From Macrostomum hystrix (Eukaryota > Animalia > Platyhelminthes), in NCBI GenBank assembly GCA_950097015.1, contig CATNEN010000038.1, forward strand, positions 7,688,001-7,752,000: DNA of 64,000 bases, read 5' to 3'. Shown here piece by piece: positions 60,207-64,000 of the stretch. Positions within the stretch are counted from its first letter, which is position 1. Each line of letters opens with the position of its first letter. The position numbers and the translations under genes are program-made. The notes under the pieces are model-generated. The model worked only from the letters and a program-made list of their open reading frames with translations. It was not told the DNA's origin and made no database searches.

Positions 60207-60370
60207 ACTGAGCTGGTCAAGGAATAAATAAACCTCACTTATGTCCAAATTATAGTATCTGTGGACTGAGCTGGTCAAGGAATAAATAAACCTCACTTAT
60301 GTCCAAATTATAGTATCTGTGGACTGAGCTGGTCAAGGAATAAATAAACCTCAAGGAATAAATGTCCAAA
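60192..60370. repeat. 58-bp unit x3 spanning the MITE end and the host TIR
   Basis: Units start at 60192, 60250 and 60308. Confidence 0.92.
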
Positions 60371-60387
60371 AAATTGTTAAAAGGTAT

Positions 60388-60882
60388 AGTATTGACGCGT
60401 CTTGGCCAGGGTCTGTTCCCGATAATCGCTTTTTTAATTCGGACATCTACGCAGACCTGTCGAATAGAACAGGGACAGTGCTACTAGGAGACGAGGGCTA
60501 CAGCATCACACCATTCCTCATGAAGCCATTCCGGAATCCTGGAGCACCAGACGAAGTGTACTTCAACAAGCGACATTCAGAGGCGCGAGTCGTAATCGAG
60601 AATACATCTGGGCAATTAAAACGACGTTTTCTGATCCTCGAATACATGTGCCGAGTCCGGTTGGAAAGAATTCCGACATTTATTGTCGCCTGCTGTGTCC
60701 TACATAACATTGCGAAGGAGCTCAACGATGATGCCGTTGACGATGACGCCATTGAGACGGAGATGGAAGAGCCCCTCGCACCACCGTTCGACGTGAACAA
60801 TGCCAGTGAGGCCGCGAAAAGAGCGGCCGGAATCCAGCGCCGGAACGCTATCGCCGACATCATGTTCAGGCATGAGCCATGA
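60388..60882 (+). pseudogene. Harbinger/HARBI1-like transposase, C-terminal half
   Basis: SIDASWPGSVPD, a frameshift, then LLGDEGY..TPFLMKPF, FNKRHSEARVVIE.T.GQLKRRF and IVACCVLHNIA. Confidence 0.88.
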
Positions 60883-61189
60883 CAAACTGCGTCGCGATCC
60901 GTTCTGACTTACCTCATGCTGCTCACGTTTGCTTTTGTTTATATTTGTCAACGTATGTTTAAGGCTTCCTAACTAGGTAAACTTGTAAGGTATTGTAAGG
61001 TATTGCAATCTGATCCTAACCTAGCTAATAATATTAACATTCGTAAATAACAACTGTTTTACGTTTGCTATGACAATAATAAACGTTTACCGTTTTTTCT
61101 TACTTGTCGTGGTATATTTAAAGCGTCGTAACCACGTAATCTGTGGTGTCTGTGGTCCATCGTCGTCAGCGAGTTGTGATGCAACCCCA

Positions 61190-61523
61190 CACACACGAGC
61201 GCCAGGGACCTTGGAAAAACTGGGTTTTCCTCGATGTTGAAAAATTGTAGCATGGATTCTTACCACTTCTTCAGAATAATCTTTTTATTTCCGGTCTTCT
61301 TTAAGTACGTCTTTGCTTTCAGCCGCGTCTTAATGTTCGAAAGTCTCTTGTTGATCTTCCTGCGGGTTGGATTTACGCCATTATCCTCCAGGTCCTTTTG
61401 TATTGAGCTGAATGCTGCGTTATTCTTCTCCATTGTGTCGGGCGTCTTGCTTTTGTCGAGGACGACGGGGTGGCGAGAGACAACTTTTACGAACAACTCG
61501 TCTTCGGTGTCATTTCCGTCCAT
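61190..61523 (-). pseudogene. Harbinger Myb/SANT (MADF-like) DNA-binding protein with a premature stop
   Basis: LFVKVVSRHPVVLDKSKTP...KINKRLSNIKTRLK.K...KKTGNKKIILKKW*ESML...EENPV; the same frame continues past TAA at 61260-61262. Confidence 0.7.
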
Positions 61524-62068
61524 CGTGGCCCAAAGAAGTCGTACGACTGGAAGTCTCCGGAACAAAAAAGCTAGATGTTTGCTTCTGAACTTTAGCTTAG
61601 CGCATGTAACCTCCCAAAAGTGCCATGCATAATAGTTTAGCGGTCATTAATGAGATTAATATCAATATCTCTGCGCGCACTCGGTCACAGCCATTAATAT
61701 CCTCATGAATAGCCGGTCTTTATATTTACATTAGTTCAAAGCTTTTTTCATATCGTTGACTCGCCAGCGGATTCAAATGCATGAAATATATGGGTTTCGG
61801 CCATAAAAACAAGTCATTAGTGGAAACATTAAAGGCCGCTTTTATCGTTGGTCAATGGTCTCGTAATTAAAGTAGTCTGTACCACATACTACCGATTCCT
61901 CACTCCCTCGCTTATTAAACGGCGCCCATTTGAAAAAACGTCTCTAAGATAAGCAATAGGATTTTATGTGACGACACGATGCACCGCGATGCAATGCGAT
62001 TAGTGACTTACCGAGCTACACATAGGGTGCCTCTCTGTTATGGCTACTAATTAAATGTTATCGGAAAG

Positions 62069-62107
62069 TATATATATATATATATATATATATATAAGTA
62101 TATATAT
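62069..62107. repeat. (TA)n microsatellite
   Basis: Direct reading. Confidence 0.9.
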
Positions 62108-62368
62108 GAGCGCTCATTCTATTTCTGTTCAGATTAATTCAAACTAGATCGAGCTTTCTGTGTAAAGTTTGACACTCTTTAGCGTCCGGAATCTTTCCTG
62201 TTATTCGCATAGTCTATGGGTCAGACACCCTAACAGGCAGATTCTAGTATTTTGGCTAAAAAGACATTTTACGTTACCGGCTAAACATAATAAAGATTTC
62301 ACGGCAACGCGAGTTGCAACATCAGCAGCAACAGGTGTATCAAAAATAGTTGCTCCCTCGTACTAATC

Positions 62369-64000
62369 ATGTCCGAGCTGACGCAGCAGAAATTCCTGCG
62401 CAGCCGCTTCAACGCACACAGGGAGCGGGTATTCTTCATCAGGCGTGGCGTGCGCGATGTCAGCACCCTTATGGCTGCCGGGAACATTAGCTTCGAAGGC
62501 TGCAACCTTGTAGCTCTGCACAACGCGACCAACGCCCCAACCCAGGAGGAAATCGTTGACGAGATTCTGCAAGCGGTCCATTCAGACGCCAATTTCAAGG
62601 CTAAGTATGTCCTTCCGTCGCTCTTCCTGATTGGCGCCGGAGCCTTCGGATCAGTGTTTCGTCTGGTGACCCAAGCCTCTGGGACGGTGGAGAACCCCAA
62701 GTACAAAGAGCAATACGTAAAATACCTGCAGAAGATTCGTAAGACTACGAAGCAGTCAAAGGCGGCACTGCTGGACTCTGCCAGAGATGATCACTGCTTG
62801 GACCTCGTGGCCATTAAGTTCGAGCCTTTGACACAATTTGATATCGAGAACAATTCAATCGGAAAGATCAACCTAATCCGAGAGTTCTTTCTCCTGCAGG
62901 AGCTGTTCAGCAATCCCGACAGTCGGTACTCCATGGTCGGTTTCCCACTGCCCATCGACTTTGACTACATCGGCGGCCTAAGGATCACAAAGGACCTCAG
63001 CAAGGTAATTGTTTACGATCCTTACGGTGTGCAAACCAGCTTCCAGGAGGCTTACCTGGATAAGCACAATATCTTTGGGATCCAATCGGAGGACGTCACA
63101 AACAAGTGCTACTTCACCATGGAGCTACTCGGACCGAACTTGGACGACTGGAAGGAGTTCTTTGCTGAAAGCCACGCGCATGATGGCCATATATTTTTCA
63201 GTGTACAAACAACTCTGAAACTGATGGACCAGTTTCTCTGCCGTTTGCTAATAATGCACCGAAAGAATCTCGTTCACCTTGACTTGAAACCAGACAATCT
63301 GTGCATGGGCATCGGTAAGATGTCTAACACCGTCTACTTGCTGGACTACGGCTTGTCAAGAATCTGCTCGGAGAACAAACCCGACATCACAATGGGCAGC
63401 CGTCGTTACATGTCTGTCGGAGTGATAAACATGGAACCGGCCAACTACATGATGGACATCGAGTCCTGGTTCTACATTCTCATCGTGCTGCTCACCGATT
63501 TTATTCCCTGGAGTGACGAGGAGCTCTCCTGTGAGCTGAGCAAGAGTGAGAAGGAGGGCGGCATTCGCGAGGAGAAGCTGCTGGGGCTGGTGGCGCGAGC
63601 TAAGAAGCAATTTTGGGGTGACGACAACAACTGGGACAAGAACATGATCCAGAAGGTGGTGGACAAGATTGAGCGCTATCACAAAAGTGAGGTACCAGAC
63701 ATTGCGCGCATCATCATGGACATCTATGAGCAAGTGAAGAGAATGCGTCAGGACTTCTACAAAGTGGGTTACTCTCGGATGAACGCAGATATCAAGGACG
63801 AAGATAGCGATCTGTTTAAGCGCTACAAATCTCTGCGCAAGCTGTTGCTCTTCGTGTACGACTGCGACTTCACCAGCAAGGGCAGCTGCTTCGCCAACGA
63901 CAAGGACATCCAGCGCAAGCAGGAGGAGCGCAAGGCAAAGCACAATTTGCTGATTTACGCCGAGGGCGGTCGCGACTGGCACTGGGACTGGGACGTCTGG
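62369..64000 (+). CDS. Divergent casein kinase 1 group (CK1/TTBK/VRK-like) protein kinase; intronless so far, 3' end outside the window
   Basis: An uninterrupted 544-codon frame, absent from the ORF track because there is no stop in the window: IGAGAFGSVF, VAIKFE, MELLGPNL, FSVQTTLKLMDQFL.RL, VHLDLKPDN..MG.G, VYLLDYGL, GSRRYMS, DIESWFY, IPW and WDW. Confidence 0.9.
   Translation, partial: MSELTQQKFLRSRFNAHRERVFFIRRGVRDVSTLMAAGNISFEGCNLVALHNATNAPTQEEIVDEILQAVHSDANFKAKYVLPSLFLIGAGAFGSVFRLVTQASGTVENPKYKEQYVKYLQKIRKTTKQSKAALLDSARDDHCLDLVAIKFEPLTQFDIENNSIGKINLIREFFLLQELFSNPDSRYSMVGFPLPIDFDYIGGLRITKDLSKVIVYDPYGVQTSFQEAYLDKHNIFGIQSEDVTNKCYFTMELLGPNLDDWKEFFAESHAHDGHIFFSVQTTLKLMDQFLCRLLIMHRKNLVHLDLKPDNLCMGIGKMSNTVYLLDYGLSRICSENKPDITMGSRRYMSVGVINMEPANYMMDIESWFYILIVLLTDFIPWSDEELSCELSKSEKEGGIREEKLLGLVARAKKQFWGDDNNWDKNMIQKVVDKIERYHKSEVPDIARIIMDIYEQVKRMRQDFYKVGYSRMNADIKDEDSDLFKRYKSLRKLLLFVYDCDFTSKGSCFANDKDIQRKQEERKAKHNLLIYAEGGRDWHWDWDVW

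Larger units (their letters stand above)
56825..60386 (-). mobile_element. IS630/Tc1/mariner-superfamily DNA transposon with ~80-bp TIRs, carrying nested insertions
   Basis: Left TIR 56825-56905 (caccttcgacaattttggacataagtga.gtttattta.tcctt..ccagctcagtcct.agaaaagtgagtttgattta) is the reverse complement of 60024-60052 plus 60213-60386, once the MITE and the 58-bp triplication are removed. TA follows the right end. Confidence 0.8.
60388..61719. mobile_element. PIF/Harbinger transposon, left part missing
   Basis: Convergent DDE nuclease and Myb/SANT-like genes. The right end ...tcatgaatagccggtct is followed by TTA. Confidence 0.78.

Overview
Eukaryotic (metazoan) genomic DNA. GT-AG introns packed with minisatellites, GC-rich poly-Gln/His exons and tRNA-derived SINEs resemble a free-living flatworm such as Macrostomum; this is inferred from style only. 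Nine protein genes can be built by hand: the 3' end of an SK/KCNN channel, a three-exon GPI-anchored Ly6/uPAR protein that the ORF track misses, an ankyrin-repeat TRPM-like channel, an intronless TTLL10-like tubulin glycylase, an intronless divergent Rac/Cdc42-type GTPase, Pumilio, a TTEAP-repeat membrane mucin, a divergent Slo/BK channel, and an intronless divergent CK1-group kinase that runs off the right end. About 18 kb (~28%) is 11 unrelated tandem arrays, which account for most of the long ORFs in the track. Mobile DNA comprises two SINE families, an RNase H-type LINE fragment, an RTE remnant, a probable solo LTR, and a nest at 56.8-61.7 kb: a Crypton and a MITE inside an IS630/Tc1 element that abuts a Harbinger element. 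The best leads are (1) the Slo paralogue with His at the main S4 gating-Arg position, a partly neutralised calcium bowl and a GFG filter; (2) the ankyrin/TRPM hybrid channel with a Lys in the S6 gate; and (3) direct evidence of minisatellites arising inside transposons. No prokaryotic system or CRISPR array is present. All family calls come from motif recognition, not database searches.
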